Positions 19,064-29,591 are shown, counted from the first letter of the stretch. The stretch: 64,000 nt of DNA from an uncultured SAR86 cluster bacterium (GCA_902541175.1 CACBPP010000002.1:117589-181588); one strand, 5' to 3'. Numbers and translations: made by a program. Notes: generated from the letters alone by a model not told the origin.

Positions 19064-19279
19064 ATGGATGATAGATATAAAAGATTAAACAGTGCAACTG
19101 GAGAGCCATTTCAAGCAGGCTATCAAGATGAAACTGGAAGAATTTTTCTTAGGTATCTAGATAAACAAGGTAATGATGGGTATTATCTTGAAGAATGGAA
19201 AAAAGACATTAATACTTTTATAAACAAAGCTGATGAATTAAATATTAGTTACGACTTAAATCAGCAATTGAATCAATAA
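19064..19279 (+). CDS. hypothetical small protein
   Basis: The 71 aa ORF starts 3 nt after the permease stop. No motif was recognised, and its 3' end overlaps the convergent hydrolase gene by 35 nt. Confidence 0.3.
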   Translation: MDDRYKRLNSATGEPFQAGYQDETGRIFLRYLDKQGNDGYYLEEWKKDINTFINKADELNISYDLNQQLNQ

Positions 19280-20450
19280 TTTCAGGATATTTTACATAGA
19301 ATTCGTAAGATTCTCCCTCCTCATCTGTGAAAGGAGTAATCACATCTGATCCAGACTCTATAGTTCCTGATGCTATCAACATCCTGCCAATAGCAATAGC
19401 ATTTTCGATGCCTGCCCATCTAAGATATTTCATTATGCCCCACTTCTGAGTAGAACCATTGTCTTGTTCTGCATATTTAGAGATTCTTGTTACAACAATA
19501 TCATTTTCTCTGTCTACAAAAGTATATTGTCCGAACTTTCCACTGGTATTAAATATTTTTGATTCTTCATCATACTTTGAGACCCACCAGTGCAGAGAAT
19601 AGTAACGTTTATAATCTGTAAATCTGCTTGGTGTTTCCCATACCACCTGAAAAGTTTCATCTACAAATTCTTTAGACACAATTTGTTCATCATTCCACTT
19701 ACCGTCTCGAGCAAATAATAAACCTAGCTTAGAATAATCTCTTGCTGACATGTCCACGCAACAATATGTCATCACATTTCCTTTTTCGTCTTTCCATAAC
19801 TTATAGTCATCTATATCCAGAGGTTCTAAGATTCTTTCTTCAAAAAGTACATCAGCTTTTTTACCAGTTGCTTGAAATAAAATGTCACCTAGTAGCATCG
19901 AATTGACATTGTTATATTCAAATTTTTCACCAGCATCTTTTTCTACACCAACTTTTTTTGCATATTGAAGATGGTCTACTTGAAAAAACATTTTTTCATG
20001 TTCGTGAGATGGAAAATCAAGACCACTAGACATATCGAGAAGATCTCTTAAAGTGATATCTGACCTTTCGTCATCAAAATAATCTAGATAATCTGAAACT
20101 TTATCATCGAGACTATTAATCTCACCACGATCAAGCGAAATTCCAATTAACGCAGCATAATAACTTTTAGCCATTGACCAAGATGTACCATGAGAATCAA
20201 GATCATATCCATCAGCATATTTTTCTGAAATTATTTTGCCATTTTTAATTACAACAACTGCTTGAGTTGCATCATCTGAAAATGATAAATCCATTAATTT
20301 ATCAATTTTATTGGGATTTACACCCTCTGCTTCTGGTGATGAAATATCCCAATTTTCACTATTTGGGAAGTAATCTGCTAAAACATTTAATGCAAGCGGA
20401 GGTAACAGTATTAATATTAAAAAAGGTCTAATATGATTGATTAATTTCAT
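19245..20450 (-). CDS. serine hydrolase, beta-lactamase/transpeptidase-like family (secreted)
   Basis: It has a signal peptide and an S-x-x-K nucleophile motif within GTSWSMAKSYY. It is 401 aa. Confidence 0.7.
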   Translation of the reverse strand: MKLINHIRPFLILILLPPLALNVLADYFPNSENWDISSPEAEGVNPNKIDKLMDLSFSDDATQAVVVIKNGKIISEKYADGYDLDSHGTSWSMAKSYYAALIGISLDRGEINSLDDKVSDYLDYFDDERSDITLRDLLDMSSGLDFPSHEHEKMFFQVDHLQYAKKVGVEKDAGEKFEYNNVNSMLLGDILFQATGKKADVLFEERILEPLDIDDYKLWKDEKGNVMTYCCVDMSARDYSKLGLLFARDGKWNDEQIVSKEFVDETFQVVWETPSRFTDYKRYYSLHWWVSKYDEESKIFNTSGKFGQYTFVDRENDIVVTRISKYAEQDNGSTQKWGIMKYLRWAGIENAIAIGRMLIASGTIESGSDVITPFTDEEGESYEFYVKYPEIIDSIADLSRN

Positions 20451-20570
20451 AGTAAAAATTTAAAAAAATATTGAAGATATATGTTTAATATAATCATTTT
20501 TATATTTAAAGCAAATGATTGATGATATAAATTATATTGATATTTAATTATAAATAAATATAATAATACT

Positions 20571-21026
20571 ATGGGCACTATACAAAAATACTTAATCTTT
20601 TCTTTAATAATTTCTTTTACAAGTTTGGATCTATCTTCAGAAACTCATACTGTTAAGATGCTTAATCAAGGTGTTACTGGTGTAATGGTTTTTGAGCCTG
20701 CATTTTTAAAAATTAATGTTGGTGACACCGTTACATTTGAGTCTACTGATGCTGCTCATAATTCTGCATCTATCCCTGGTATGATTCCATCTGGTGCTTC
20801 ACCTTGGAACGGACAATTAAGTAGAGATATTTCAGTAACCTTTGAAATTCCAGGTGTTTACGGATATCAATGTACACCTCATGCAATGATGGCTATGGTT
20901 GGTGTAATACAAGTAGGTGATGATAATTCAAATATAGAAACTGCTAAAAATGTTGCAGTACAATTTAAGTCTACATTTGTAATGAATCAAACAAGACTTG
21001 ATGAATATCTTGCAAAAATTAATTAA
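20571..21026 (+). CDS. pseudoazurin (type 1 blue copper protein)
   Basis: It has a signal peptide and a cupredoxin fold. The ligand pattern is His in TDAAHNS plus C-T-P-H-x4-M in YQCTPHAMMAM, with the Cys-to-Met spacing of +8 seen in pseudoazurins. Confidence 0.85.
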   Translation: MGTIQKYLIFSLIISFTSLDLSSETHTVKMLNQGVTGVMVFEPAFLKINVGDTVTFESTDAAHNSASIPGMIPSGASPWNGQLSRDISVTFEIPGVYGYQCTPHAMMAMVGVIQVGDDNSNIETAKNVAVQFKSTFVMNQTRLDEYLAKIN

Positions 21027-21068
21027 TATTATTTAACAAATTTTTTGTGTAAAATTACTCCTCTTTAT

Positions 21069-21145
21069 GGGCGAGTAACTCAGTTGGTTAGAGTGTCTGC
21101 TCGACACGCAGGAAGTCGGGAGTTCGAATCTCTCCTCGCCCACCA
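21069..21145 (+). tRNA. tRNA-Val (anticodon GAC), encoded CCA
   Basis: A manual cloverleaf fits. The acceptor stem is GGGCGAG/CTCGCCC, the D arm is ACTC-AGTTGGTTA-GAGT, the anticodon stem is TCTGC/GCAGG with loop TCGACAC, and the T arm is GGGAG-TTCGAAT-CTCTC. The discriminator is A, followed by CCA. Loop position 33 reads C rather than U. Confidence 0.85.
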
Positions 21146-21151
21146 ACTTAA

Positions 21152-21877
21152 TTATTTTTTAATTTGATCTGCAACCCAACTTATCGACCAGTTATGACCA
21201 AGTCTTCTTCCGTTATAGGTTTTAGGTAATCTTGTTACTTTGCTACCCTCAACCTCTATAATTTGAGGATCATAATCTAGATTATTAAATGCGCCATCCA
21301 ATTCTTTAATTGTTCTCCACTGAAAGAGAGTTACATTATCTCTAACAAATTTAGGTGCAGAATAATTACAAATCTTATTAAAAAGACCTAATCTAAAATC
21401 AGATGGTATAGGTCCAGTTAAAGGTCCTGCCACTGCATGCAAGGTCAATGGTATTTCATTTATCCATGTCTCTGAAAACATTGCTATGATCATTGCACCA
21501 TAACTGTGGCCCATTAAAACTACCTGATCAATGTTTTTGTTTTGAGCTAATACACTGTTAATTTCACTAAAAAGAATTGCATAAGCTCTGTTTGGGCATA
21601 AATTATCGTTGTAACGAAAGAAGCTCACTAGATTTTGCTTGTTGTCTAATGTTATTAATGGGTATACCCATTCGTACCCCTCACTATCACTACCGTGAAC
21701 ACCAATAAAAAGTGTATTTTGCATCTCTGATTCTTCCTCAAGATAGTGCAAACCATTATCAAGAGAGATCAAACTTCTTCCGCTATTAAATACCTCTTTT
21801 AAATCAAGCTCTTTAAGAGATATATCAGATTTTATATCAAAGGAAATTATTAAAATGATCCACAAATATATTTTCAT
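21152..21877 (-). CDS. secreted alpha/beta-hydrolase (lipase/esterase-like)
   Basis: The nucleophile elbow G-H-S-Y-G is present in VVLMGHSYGAMII, and a signal peptide begins at MKIYLWIILIISF. I trimmed the start to 21877 so it does not overlap sbcB. Confidence 0.7.
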   Translation of the reverse strand: MKIYLWIILIISFDIKSDISLKELDLKEVFNSGRSLISLDNGLHYLEEESEMQNTLFIGVHGSDSEGYEWVYPLITLDNKQNLVSFFRYNDNLCPNRAYAILFSEINSVLAQNKNIDQVVLMGHSYGAMIIAMFSETWINEIPLTLHAVAGPLTGPIPSDFRLGLFNKICNYSAPKFVRDNVTLFQWRTIKELDGAFNNLDYDPQIIEVEGSKVTRLPKTYNGRRLGHNWSISWVADQIKK

Positions 21878-21878
21878 T

Positions 21879-23276
21879 TTACTTTTGCATTGATAGTAGT
21901 TGTTCTTTTGTTGCAACGAGAATAGCTTTATCTTCTTTATTATTTCTTTCATCTAAAAGTTTTTCAATTTCATTGAGCGCCTTATCAACAGAGCCCCATT
22001 TTCCATCTGTATAAACTCTCTCATTAATTAAATCATCAAATCTTGTTTTAATATCATCAGGAATATCTGTTTGATATTTATCACAAATAATTCTTTCAGC
22101 TAAAAGTCGAAATCTTTCATCTTCAAAATTTCTTGAGATTTTAATAAGTTGCTCAAGATTATCAGTATGGTGAAATTCTTTCATCAGATCTTGATCTCTA
22201 TAGGAAGGAAAACCACCAGAATATATGGTTCCTTCAACATAATCTGGTTCTGGAAAATTCATAATTCTATCCTCCATAGCCTGAGAAACTCGTGTGAAGA
22301 AGTCTTGATTAGACTTAACTATATCCGCTCGTCTTTGAAGCTCTTCATGAGTTATATCAAAGTGATTATTATTTGTAAGATGTTTGCTTGAGCATATTGG
22401 AATAGTTTTGTTAATTTTATATTTTTTTAAAGGTAAGTCCCTTCCTCCAGATTGAATCATTTTATTAATTTCTGTGAAGTCTAGATCAATAATTTCATTT
22501 GGATCAAAACTCAAATCAAAGAAACAAATATCATTAGGTCTGGAGTCATCAGCACCACAAATTACAACAGGATACTTAAAAGGATGGCGCCTGTAGACCT
22601 CACCAAGAGCAAGAAATTCATCAGAATATAAAAGATTTTTAACACCCTCCTTTGTTGAAATATCCAAAAATGAATCAAAAACTTCAGGTATTTTATCTTT
22701 AATAACTTTGCATAGCCCAATCATAAATTTGCAGTCTGAAATTGCATCATGTGCATCACTGGCATCAATACCATGTTCATTTGCTAAATGTTCCAACTTA
22801 ATACTAAAAGCAGGTCCATCTTCGAATAAGGGAATTGATATTTCGTCTGAAAAAAATGCAGCTATATTATGAATCATCAACATTAAATCAAGTCTTCCAT
22901 TTTGATTTGTATTTGTAATGTATGGCTCTAATAGATTGCACCAAAACTGCCTTCTGATGAGCTCTTCATCAAAAGCATGTCCGTTGTATGTTACAAATAT
23001 TGATGGCAAGTCTATACACCAGTCTTTCCATTGATGTTGAATATCTTTCATCATTTGATAATGAGAAGTATTGGATGAAAAGGAATTAATCTTTTTATTA
23101 GTAAGCATTGCTTTGGGTTGAGGGATAATCCAAGGCAAAGGTTTACTACCAATATTCTGTTCGTCTAAAACTTTTAATGTGTTATCAGTAAAAATTGAAC
23201 CACATTGTATTATTTGACTAAAATCTTTATGAATTCCAGTTGTTTCAGTATCGTAAAATATTAAATTGCGAGACAA
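21879..23276 (-). CDS. sbcB: exodeoxyribonuclease I
   Basis: The DEDDh exonuclease N-terminus is present (FYDTETTGI, YNGHAFDEEL, HDAISD). The 465 aa length fits ExoI. Confidence 0.88.
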   Translation of the reverse strand: MSRNLIFYDTETTGIHKDFSQIIQCGSIFTDNTLKVLDEQNIGSKPLPWIIPQPKAMLTNKKINSFSSNTSHYQMMKDIQHQWKDWCIDLPSIFVTYNGHAFDEELIRRQFWCNLLEPYITNTNQNGRLDLMLMIHNIAAFFSDEISIPLFEDGPAFSIKLEHLANEHGIDASDAHDAISDCKFMIGLCKVIKDKIPEVFDSFLDISTKEGVKNLLYSDEFLALGEVYRRHPFKYPVVICGADDSRPNDICFFDLSFDPNEIIDLDFTEINKMIQSGGRDLPLKKYKINKTIPICSSKHLTNNNHFDITHEELQRRADIVKSNQDFFTRVSQAMEDRIMNFPEPDYVEGTIYSGGFPSYRDQDLMKEFHHTDNLEQLIKISRNFEDERFRLLAERIICDKYQTDIPDDIKTRFDDLINERVYTDGKWGSVDKALNEIEKLLDERNNKEDKAILVATKEQLLSMQK

Positions 23277-23280
23277 TTCT

Positions 23281-24498
23281 TTAACTCATATATTTACCTA
23301 GCTCATATCTTGCGACGGCTCTTCTATGGACTTCATCAGGGCCATCAGCGAGTCTCAGTGTTCTCATATGAGCATACATAGATGCAAGTGGTGTGAGTTG
23401 TGATACCCCTTCTCCACCATGAATTTGAATTGCTCTATCTATAATCTTTAGCGCTACATTAGGTGCGTATACTTTGATTTGTGCAATTTCGCTTGCTGCA
23501 ATTTTATTTCCAACTGTATCCATTTTAACTGCGGCATCCAATGTTAAGAATCTTGCAGCATTAAGTTCAATTCTTGACTCAGCTATGTAATCAAAATTTG
23601 CTCCAAGTTGTGCTAAGTTTTTACCAAATGCTACTTTATTTGGATCCATACCCCTTTTGCACATTAGTTCAATGGCAACCTCACCTGCACCAATTGCTCT
23701 CATACAATGATGAATACGTCCTGGCCCTAAACGACCTTGTGCAATCTCAAACCCTCTTCCTTCACCAAGTAAAAGATTTTCCTTTGGTACTCTTACATTG
23801 GTAAATTTCATATGTGCATGTCCATGAGGTGCATCGTCATAGCCAAATACATGCATCATTTTAATAATTTCTACACCCTCAGTTTCCATAGGTACAAGTA
23901 TCATTGAGTGTCTTTGATGTTTTGGATTGTCAGGATTAGTTACACACATAAATATGAGAATTTTACATCTTGGGTCACCAGCTCCTGATGTCCACCACTT
24001 CTCACCATTTATTACATATTCATCTCCATCCAAAACTGCTGTTGCTTGCATATTTGTTGCATCTGATGAAGCTGTTCCTGGTTCAGTCATACTAAATGCA
24101 GATCTTATCTCACCATCAAGTAATGGTTTAAGCCACTTTTCTTGATGTTGCTCGTTTCCATATCTTGCAATAACTTCCATGTTTCCTGTATCGGGCGCAC
24201 TACAATTCATTGCCTCAGAAGCGATATGTGATTTTCCCATTTCTTCTGCAAGATGAGCATATTCATAATTTGATAGGCCTGCTCCAAATTCACTTTCTGG
24301 TAAAAAAAGGTTCCAAAGGCCTTTTGCTCTTGCTTTTTCCTTTAACTCATCAATAACTGATGGATAACTGCTCCATCTATCTTTTCCAACGTTAATTTGC
24401 TCATGAAATACATGCTCTTTTGGTCTAACTTCAGAGTCAATAAAATCTTTTACTTTTTCAACTAATTCAACTGCTTCAGGTCTTAATTCAGGCATCAT
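23281..24498 (-). CDS. acyl-CoA dehydrogenase family protein (FadE/ACAD10-11-like)
   Basis: Motifs [29 protein letters not shown] and the C-terminal [13 protein letters not shown] are present. Confidence 0.85.
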   Translation of the reverse strand: MMPELRPEAVELVEKVKDFIDSEVRPKEHVFHEQINVGKDRWSSYPSVIDELKEKARAKGLWNLFLPESEFGAGLSNYEYAHLAEEMGKSHIASEAMNCSAPDTGNMEVIARYGNEQHQEKWLKPLLDGEIRSAFSMTEPGTASSDATNMQATAVLDGDEYVINGEKWWTSGAGDPRCKILIFMCVTNPDNPKHQRHSMILVPMETEGVEIIKMMHVFGYDDAPHGHAHMKFTNVRVPKENLLLGEGRGFEIAQGRLGPGRIHHCMRAIGAGEVAIELMCKRGMDPNKVAFGKNLAQLGANFDYIAESRIELNAARFLTLDAAVKMDTVGNKIAASEIAQIKVYAPNVALKIIDRAIQIHGGEGVSQLTPLASMYAHMRTLRLADGPDEVHRRAVARYELGKYMS

Positions 24499-24547
24499 GA
24501 GGTTAAATCTCCCTTTATATCAAAAATTTTGTTACTATTATAAATAC

Positions 24548-24573
24548 TATGAATAGTACTAAAGTAATTCATA
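24548..24573. promoter_or_regulatory. candidate LysR-type operator (imperfect dyad) in the divergent ACAD/LysR intergenic region
   Basis: TATGAAT (24548-24554) and ATTCATA (24567-24573) form an inverted repeat separated by 12 nt, with an inner TACT..AGTA dyad. The site lies 64 nt upstream of the LysR-family gene. Confidence 0.3.
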
Positions 24574-24636
24574 CTTATAATAGCTTTATGTTACTTACAA
24601 ATCTATATGATCTAAATATTTATTTAAGGCAATAAA

Positions 24637-25539
24637 ATGAAAATAAGTTCTTTTGATTTAAACCTTTTTGTAATCCTTAATGCTATCTATACAGAAGGCA
24701 GTCTTACTAAGGCTGCTGAAGTCGTTGGAATTACACAGCCTGCTGTTAGTAATGCTTTATCAAGACTGAGAGAAAAGTTCAATGACGACCTATTCGTAAG
24801 AACTGGTTCTGGAATGGTGCCTACTCAGAAAACTGAAAACATGATACAAGATGTCCAAAGTGCTTTAACTTTGATACAACAAAGCGTCAATGAGCCTGAT
24901 ACTTTTGATCCTTCAACAACAAAAAGAAACTTCAAATTATCGTTGGGAGATGTTTCTGAGGGAAGAGTTTTACCTTACCTAATGAAAGAAATATATAAGA
25001 AAGCTCCAAATATCTCAATTGGAAGTTATGCATACCTTAGAAGCGATCAAGTTCATGCTCTTTCTACGAATAATTTAGATTTTGTGGTTGATCCAGTTAT
25101 ACCAAGATCTGATGAAATCAATTCTGAGAAAGTTTTTGAGGATGATTTTGTTGTTATGCATAGAGAAGGACATGATTTATCAAAAATTAAAAGTCCAAGC
25201 GTAAACGATATACTTGAACAAAAACATCTTCATGTCTCAGGAAGAAAAAGAGGCCTTCATTTAATAGATGTTGAGCTTGATAAAATTGGTTATAGAAGAA
25301 AGGTTGCCTTGAGATGTCAACATTTTTTGATTGCTCCAACTATTATCCAGTCAACTGATCTAGTTTTAATGGGGACTAGAAGTTTTGCTAACAGAAATAA
25401 TCTGCCATTTGTTGAAATACCGATCGAGATTCCTTTAATGGAATACTTTTTAATCTGGCATAAAAGTGATGAAGGTGATGGCGGCCACATTTGGATGAAA
25501 GATCTAATTGTAAGAGCTTTCAAAGACGCTCAAAGATAA
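24637..25539 (+). CDS. LysR-family transcriptional regulator
   Basis: It has an N-terminal wHTH (GSLTKAAEVVGITQPAVSNALSRLRE), is 300 aa, and is divergent from an ACAD gene. Confidence 0.9.
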   Translation: MKISSFDLNLFVILNAIYTEGSLTKAAEVVGITQPAVSNALSRLREKFNDDLFVRTGSGMVPTQKTENMIQDVQSALTLIQQSVNEPDTFDPSTTKRNFKLSLGDVSEGRVLPYLMKEIYKKAPNISIGSYAYLRSDQVHALSTNNLDFVVDPVIPRSDEINSEKVFEDDFVVMHREGHDLSKIKSPSVNDILEQKHLHVSGRKRGLHLIDVELDKIGYRRKVALRCQHFLIAPTIIQSTDLVLMGTRSFANRNNLPFVEIPIEIPLMEYFLIWHKSDEGDGGHIWMKDLIVRAFKDAQR

Positions 25540-25540
25540 T

Positions 25541-26338
25541 CTAACTAAGATCATGATTGGCGGTTTTAACTATTCCACCATCAGATGTTATGGTCTCTCC
25601 AACAGTATAAGCTCCAGCTCGAGAACATAAAAAAATTGCCAATCCTGCCATATCTTCAGGAGTTCCAACTCTTTTTCTTGGATTTCTTTTTGCTATTTCA
25701 GAATAATCATAACCTACAGCTGGTCCGAGCATATCACTTGGATAAGGTCCAGGAGCAATAGCGTTAACCAAAATATTTTCTTTAACTAATTTTGCAGCCA
25801 AAACTCTTGTTAAATGATGAACAGCAGCCTTTGATGCTCCATAAGGATATGTTTCCATTGATGGAACATTTAACCCATCGATAGAGCCTATATTAATTAC
25901 TCTGGATGGATCATCATCACTCCCATTTTTAGACAATAAGTTTTTAAATTTCTGTGTTAAGAAAAAAATAGACTTCACATTTAGATCCATAACCTTATCC
26001 CAGCCTTTTTCAGAGAAACTTTCTAGAGGTTCGCCCCATGCAGCTCCTGCATTATTAACTAAAAAATCAATGGCATCTTCCTTTTCAGTAATCTGATTAA
26101 CAAACTCATCAATACCATCCATTGAACTCAAGTCACATGGAACTGGTATACATTCTTGATTATATTTTTCAGACAATTCTCTAGCCTTTTCAATCAAAGC
26201 CGGAGCTTTTCTTGCTGAAATATAAACTTTTACTCCATTTGCTAAAAAGCCTGAAGTTATCATTTCTCCAATTCCTCTTGAACCGCCTGTAACAACAGCA
26301 ACTTTTCCAGATATGTTAAATAAACTTGTGATTTCCAT
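25541..26338 (-). CDS. SDR-family oxidoreductase
   Basis: The cofactor motif VTGGSRGIG, NNAG and the catalytic YGASKAAV (YxxxK) are present. Confidence 0.88.
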   Translation of the reverse strand: MEITSLFNISGKVAVVTGGSRGIGEMITSGFLANGVKVYISARKAPALIEKARELSEKYNQECIPVPCDLSSMDGIDEFVNQITEKEDAIDFLVNNAGAAWGEPLESFSEKGWDKVMDLNVKSIFFLTQKFKNLLSKNGSDDDPSRVINIGSIDGLNVPSMETYPYGASKAAVHHLTRVLAAKLVKENILVNAIAPGPYPSDMLGPAVGYDYSEIAKRNPRKRVGTPEDMAGLAIFLCSRAGAYTVGETITSDGGIVKTANHDLS

Positions 26339-26426
26339 TTGTATTCCCTATAAATTTGAAACTAAATTATATTGTATTTTTGGGAACGAAACATAATCTC
26401 CATTAATAACTAAGGTAAAATAAATT

Positions 26427-27374
26427 ATGGATTTCCTAATCAACTTCCTAGGTTTAGTTGCTTCCTTAGCTGTATTAATTTGGGGTGCAGACAAATTTGT
26501 AGATAACTCATCTTTAATTGCAAAGAAGATTGGAGTTAGTGAATTAACAATAGGATTGACTATAGTTGCATTGGGTACTTCCGCTCCTGAAATATTCGTA
26601 GGAATTTCTTCTGTCTTAAATAACAGTGAAAGCATTGCGATGGGCGCAGTTGTTGGATCAAACATATCTAACATTGCACTAATATTTGGAGTTTCATGTA
26701 TAGGTATTTCTTTTTTACCAAAAAAAACACCAGTAGTTCAGCTAATGCCTTTTTTAGTTTCAGCATTAATTCTTGGATACGTATTAATTGATTTAAACGT
26801 CTCAAAATTTGATGGAATCCTTTTGTTATTAAGCTTTTGTTATTTTTTGTATGTAATAAATGCAAATAGAAATACGCAAACATTAATTGATGAGCAACAA
26901 GATAAAAATAATTCAATTACTTTAATTTTTTTGACCATAGGATTAATTTCATTAATCTTTGGTTCAAGATATGCAGTCATTTATGCAGAAAAAATTGCTA
27001 TTTTGTTAAATATTTCAGAATTGATTATTGGATTAACTATCATTGCTATTGGAACAAGCCTTCCAGAATTAGCAGCAACAATAAGCGCGGTTTTAAAAAA
27101 GAAAACTGATATGGTAGTTGGAAATGTTATTGGATCAAATGTGTTAAACATTACATTAGTTGTTCCAATTATTGGTTTTTTTTCAAGCGTTCAGCTAGAT
27201 CAAGTTCTATTAAGCAGGGACTACACAATAATGATCTCAGCAACAATTGTTTTTATGTTGATAGTGCTATTTTATTCAAACAAAGTATTTTCAGTGAATG
27301 CTATTCGCCTAATTGGTATATTATTTGTTAGTAGTTATATTTTATATTTATTAAGTTTGAGTAACTTAATTTAA
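26427..27374 (+). CDS. calcium/cation antiporter, CaCA family (YrbG-like)
   Basis: Two alpha-repeats are present (LGTSAPE and IGTSLPE), with about 10 TM segments in 315 aa. Confidence 0.85.
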   Translation: MDFLINFLGLVASLAVLIWGADKFVDNSSLIAKKIGVSELTIGLTIVALGTSAPEIFVGISSVLNNSESIAMGAVVGSNISNIALIFGVSCIGISFLPKKTPVVQLMPFLVSALILGYVLIDLNVSKFDGILLLLSFCYFLYVINANRNTQTLIDEQQDKNNSITLIFLTIGLISLIFGSRYAVIYAEKIAILLNISELIIGLTIIAIGTSLPELAATISAVLKKKTDMVVGNVIGSNVLNITLVVPIIGFFSSVQLDQVLLSRDYTIMISATIVFMLIVLFYSNKVFSVNAIRLIGILFVSSYILYLLSLSNLI

Positions 27375-27779
27375 TTTCTTTTGAAGATATAACAGCGTTA
27401 TTCCAACAAAAAAAGCGATGACTTCAAAAACAAAGTAAGGATTATAGAAGCCAGGGGTTGTTGGAAGCATAGAAAAGATTACTCTACCAAATGCAATTGA
27501 TCCAACTAAAAAGGTTATAAATTTAATTGAGAAAATACCTATGTTTCTTTTAAAAATACCCACTAGACACATAATGCCCAAACATAAGTTTAAACCACCA
27601 TATAATCCAGCTATTTCAGAATATCCTAATGGAGATGTTATTGAGAGACCTACAGCATTTAAAAAACTTGGATAGCCAAGCTCAAGAGCGCCAAGTAAGG
27701 GATCTAATATTGCCCAAACTCCAATCATGGCATATATAAATGCCATAAATAAAAGGTACAATCTAATAATCCAGATCAA
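27366..27779 (-). CDS. small membrane protein (DUF4345-like)
   Basis: It is 137 aa with 4 TM segments and a GLYGGLNL motif. The family is assigned from memory. Confidence 0.45.
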   Translation of the reverse strand: MIWIIRLYLLFMAFIYAMIGVWAILDPLLGALELGYPSFLNAVGLSITSPLGYSEIAGLYGGLNLCLGIMCLVGIFKRNIGIFSIKFITFLVGSIAFGRVIFSMLPTTPGFYNPYFVFEVIAFFVGITLLYLQKKLN

Positions 27780-27816
27780 CTTTTTTTCTCCAACTTTTTA
27801 AAATAAAATTAATAAT

Positions 27817-28320
27817 ATGTTAAAGAGTGTAATCAAATATATTAATATTTCATACTTTTTTTTAATTTGTATTAATATTAATGGAAATATTATGCTTGAT
27901 GAAAATGACAAATTAACCACACCACTTCCGTTGCCCTACAATGGAGAAATTTATAGTGTTGAATTCCTGGATAACTTTATTGATAAATCAATTAAAGAGG
28001 GAAAACAACCAATACTTATTTTTGGAGCAAATTGGTGCCCGGATTGTAGGATATTCTCTGGAACAATGAATATTCCTAAAATTGAAAAACATATTAATGA
28101 AGAATTTAATGTTCTTTATATAGACGTTCTTAGATATGAAATTAATATGAATTTAATGGAGGAATTTGGAATTGCTTCTGCTGAGGGGATTCCAAGAGTT
28201 TTGGTCTTTGATAAAAACAGAAATGTAATAAATAACTCAAATACTACAGAATGGAGAACTGCTAGAGATAGATCAAGTCAGGAAATATTTGATTTTTTCC
28301 AAAATATGGTCACAAATTAA
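27817..28320 (+). CDS. thioredoxin-fold protein (secreted)
   Basis: The CxxC motif is present in FGANWCPDCR, and the N-terminus is hydrophobic. Confidence 0.65.
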   Translation: MLKSVIKYINISYFFLICININGNIMLDENDKLTTPLPLPYNGEIYSVEFLDNFIDKSIKEGKQPILIFGANWCPDCRIFSGTMNIPKIEKHINEEFNVLYIDVLRYEINMNLMEEFGIASAEGIPRVLVFDKNRNVINNSNTTEWRTARDRSSQEIFDFFQNMVTN

Positions 28321-29591
28321 TCGAATTGTTTTTCAACACTTGCAAAAAGTAAATAAAAGGTCCCACCGAATAAAAGTACAAATGTACAGACATAAAATAT
28401 AGAACTCCAAGAGTTAGTTATTTCAAGAATATATCCTGCAGCTATTGGGCTTATAATTGCTGCAAGCATTCCAATGCTTCCTGCGATTCCTACCAATGAA
28501 CCAGTATATTTAGGACCTAAATCAGCATGATTAACTCCAAAACCACCTGCACATATGCCAGAACATACATTAATTAAGCTCAATAATATGACAACATTTA
28601 TAAGAGAATCCTCCAACGATATTAGATATAACAATAATGCCGAACCAAAAAAGCCTATTGAATTTACACTTCTTCTTACGTTTAGTAAGCCATATCCCCT
28701 TTTAATTAAGCCATCAGCTAAAAAGCCTCCCAATATTAAAGAAAAAATTGCAACAAGACTTGGTATAAGTATTGAATAAATGAATACATTTGATCCTAAG
28801 TCTATCCCCATTCCACCTTGGGCAACAGGAGCGTTAACATATTTTGGTAAGTAAGAAAGAAATGTATATAAAGACCAATTATTACAAAATGTTGCAACGG
28901 CTATTGCCATAAAAGGAGCATTTCTTATAAGTTTTAAAAGCGGAATTGTTGGAGCAGATTCTTTAGAAGGTGCTTCAGTCTTTATATAATGTAATTCTTC
29001 ATCTGAAAGAAGCTTATTATCCTCTGGAAAAGATGTAACTATTCTATTCCAGAAAAAATACCAAAAAAATCCTAGTAATCCAAATGAATAAAAGACCCAT
29101 TCCCATGAGTAATTTGCGATTATTAATGCTGCAACTGCAAATCCAAATAGTGTACCGGCAGCTATACCACTATTAGTAAAACCTATGGCTCTTGTTCTTT
29201 CTTGAAATGGTATCCATCTAGCATATATCGCATGCCATGAAGGAAAAGTAACCCCTTCTCCAAGACCCATTAGAATTCTAATTAATATTAACCACCACAA
29301 TCCTTGGTATGCAAAAAAAGGAGTAATGATTGTAAATAATGACCAAATTAGTAGAGCATATCCAAGAACCTTTTTACCGCCATATTTATCAGCTAAATAT
29401 CCGCCAAGAATCATTGTAATCATATATCCAAAATAAAATGATCCCAAAATAATACCAACCTGCGATTCAGACCATCCAAACTGCTCTTGCATAGGAATGA
29501 TTGCAACAGAAATATTAACTCTATCTATATAACAAATAAAAACTGCTAAGAATGATAAAAAAACTACTTTAAACCTATAAGGTATTATCAT
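28317..29591 (-). CDS. MFS transporter, anion:cation symporter (ACS) type
   Basis: It has 12 TM segments, the N-terminus ICYIDRVNISVAIIPM, and the loop motif GGYLADKYGGKKV. An ATGA overlap with the P450 stop suggests coupling. Confidence 0.8.
   Translation of the reverse strand: MIIPYRFKVVFLSFLAVFICYIDRVNISVAIIPMQEQFGWSESQVGIILGSFYFGYMITMILGGYLADKYGGKKVLGYALLIWSLFTIITPFFAYQGLWWLILIRILMGLGEGVTFPSWHAIYARWIPFQERTRAIGFTNSGIAAGTLFGFAVAALIIANYSWEWVFYSFGLLGFFWYFFWNRIVTSFPEDNKLLSDEELHYIKTEAPSKESAPTIPLLKLIRNAPFMAIAVATFCNNWSLYTFLSYLPKYVNAPVAQGGMGIDLGSNVFIYSILIPSLVAIFSLILGGFLADGLIKRGYGLLNVRRSVNSIGFFGSALLLYLISLEDSLINVVILLSLINVCSGICAGGFGVNHADLGPKYTGSLVGIAGSIGMLAAIISPIAAGYILEITNSWSSIFYVCTFVLLFGGTFYLLFASVEKQFD

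Noticed and set aside
20451-20570. I looked for FNR/ANR-like or copper-responsive operators upstream of pseudoazurin.
   Set aside because: Only TTGAT half-sites occur, in very AT-rich sequence, and there is no TTGAT-N4-ATCAA dyad. These are indistinguishable from background.
26348-26674. This is a 108 aa minus-strand ORF.
   Set aside because: It is antisense to the 5' part of the CaCA antiporter gene, which has clear alpha-repeat motifs. It carries no motif or RBS of its own.
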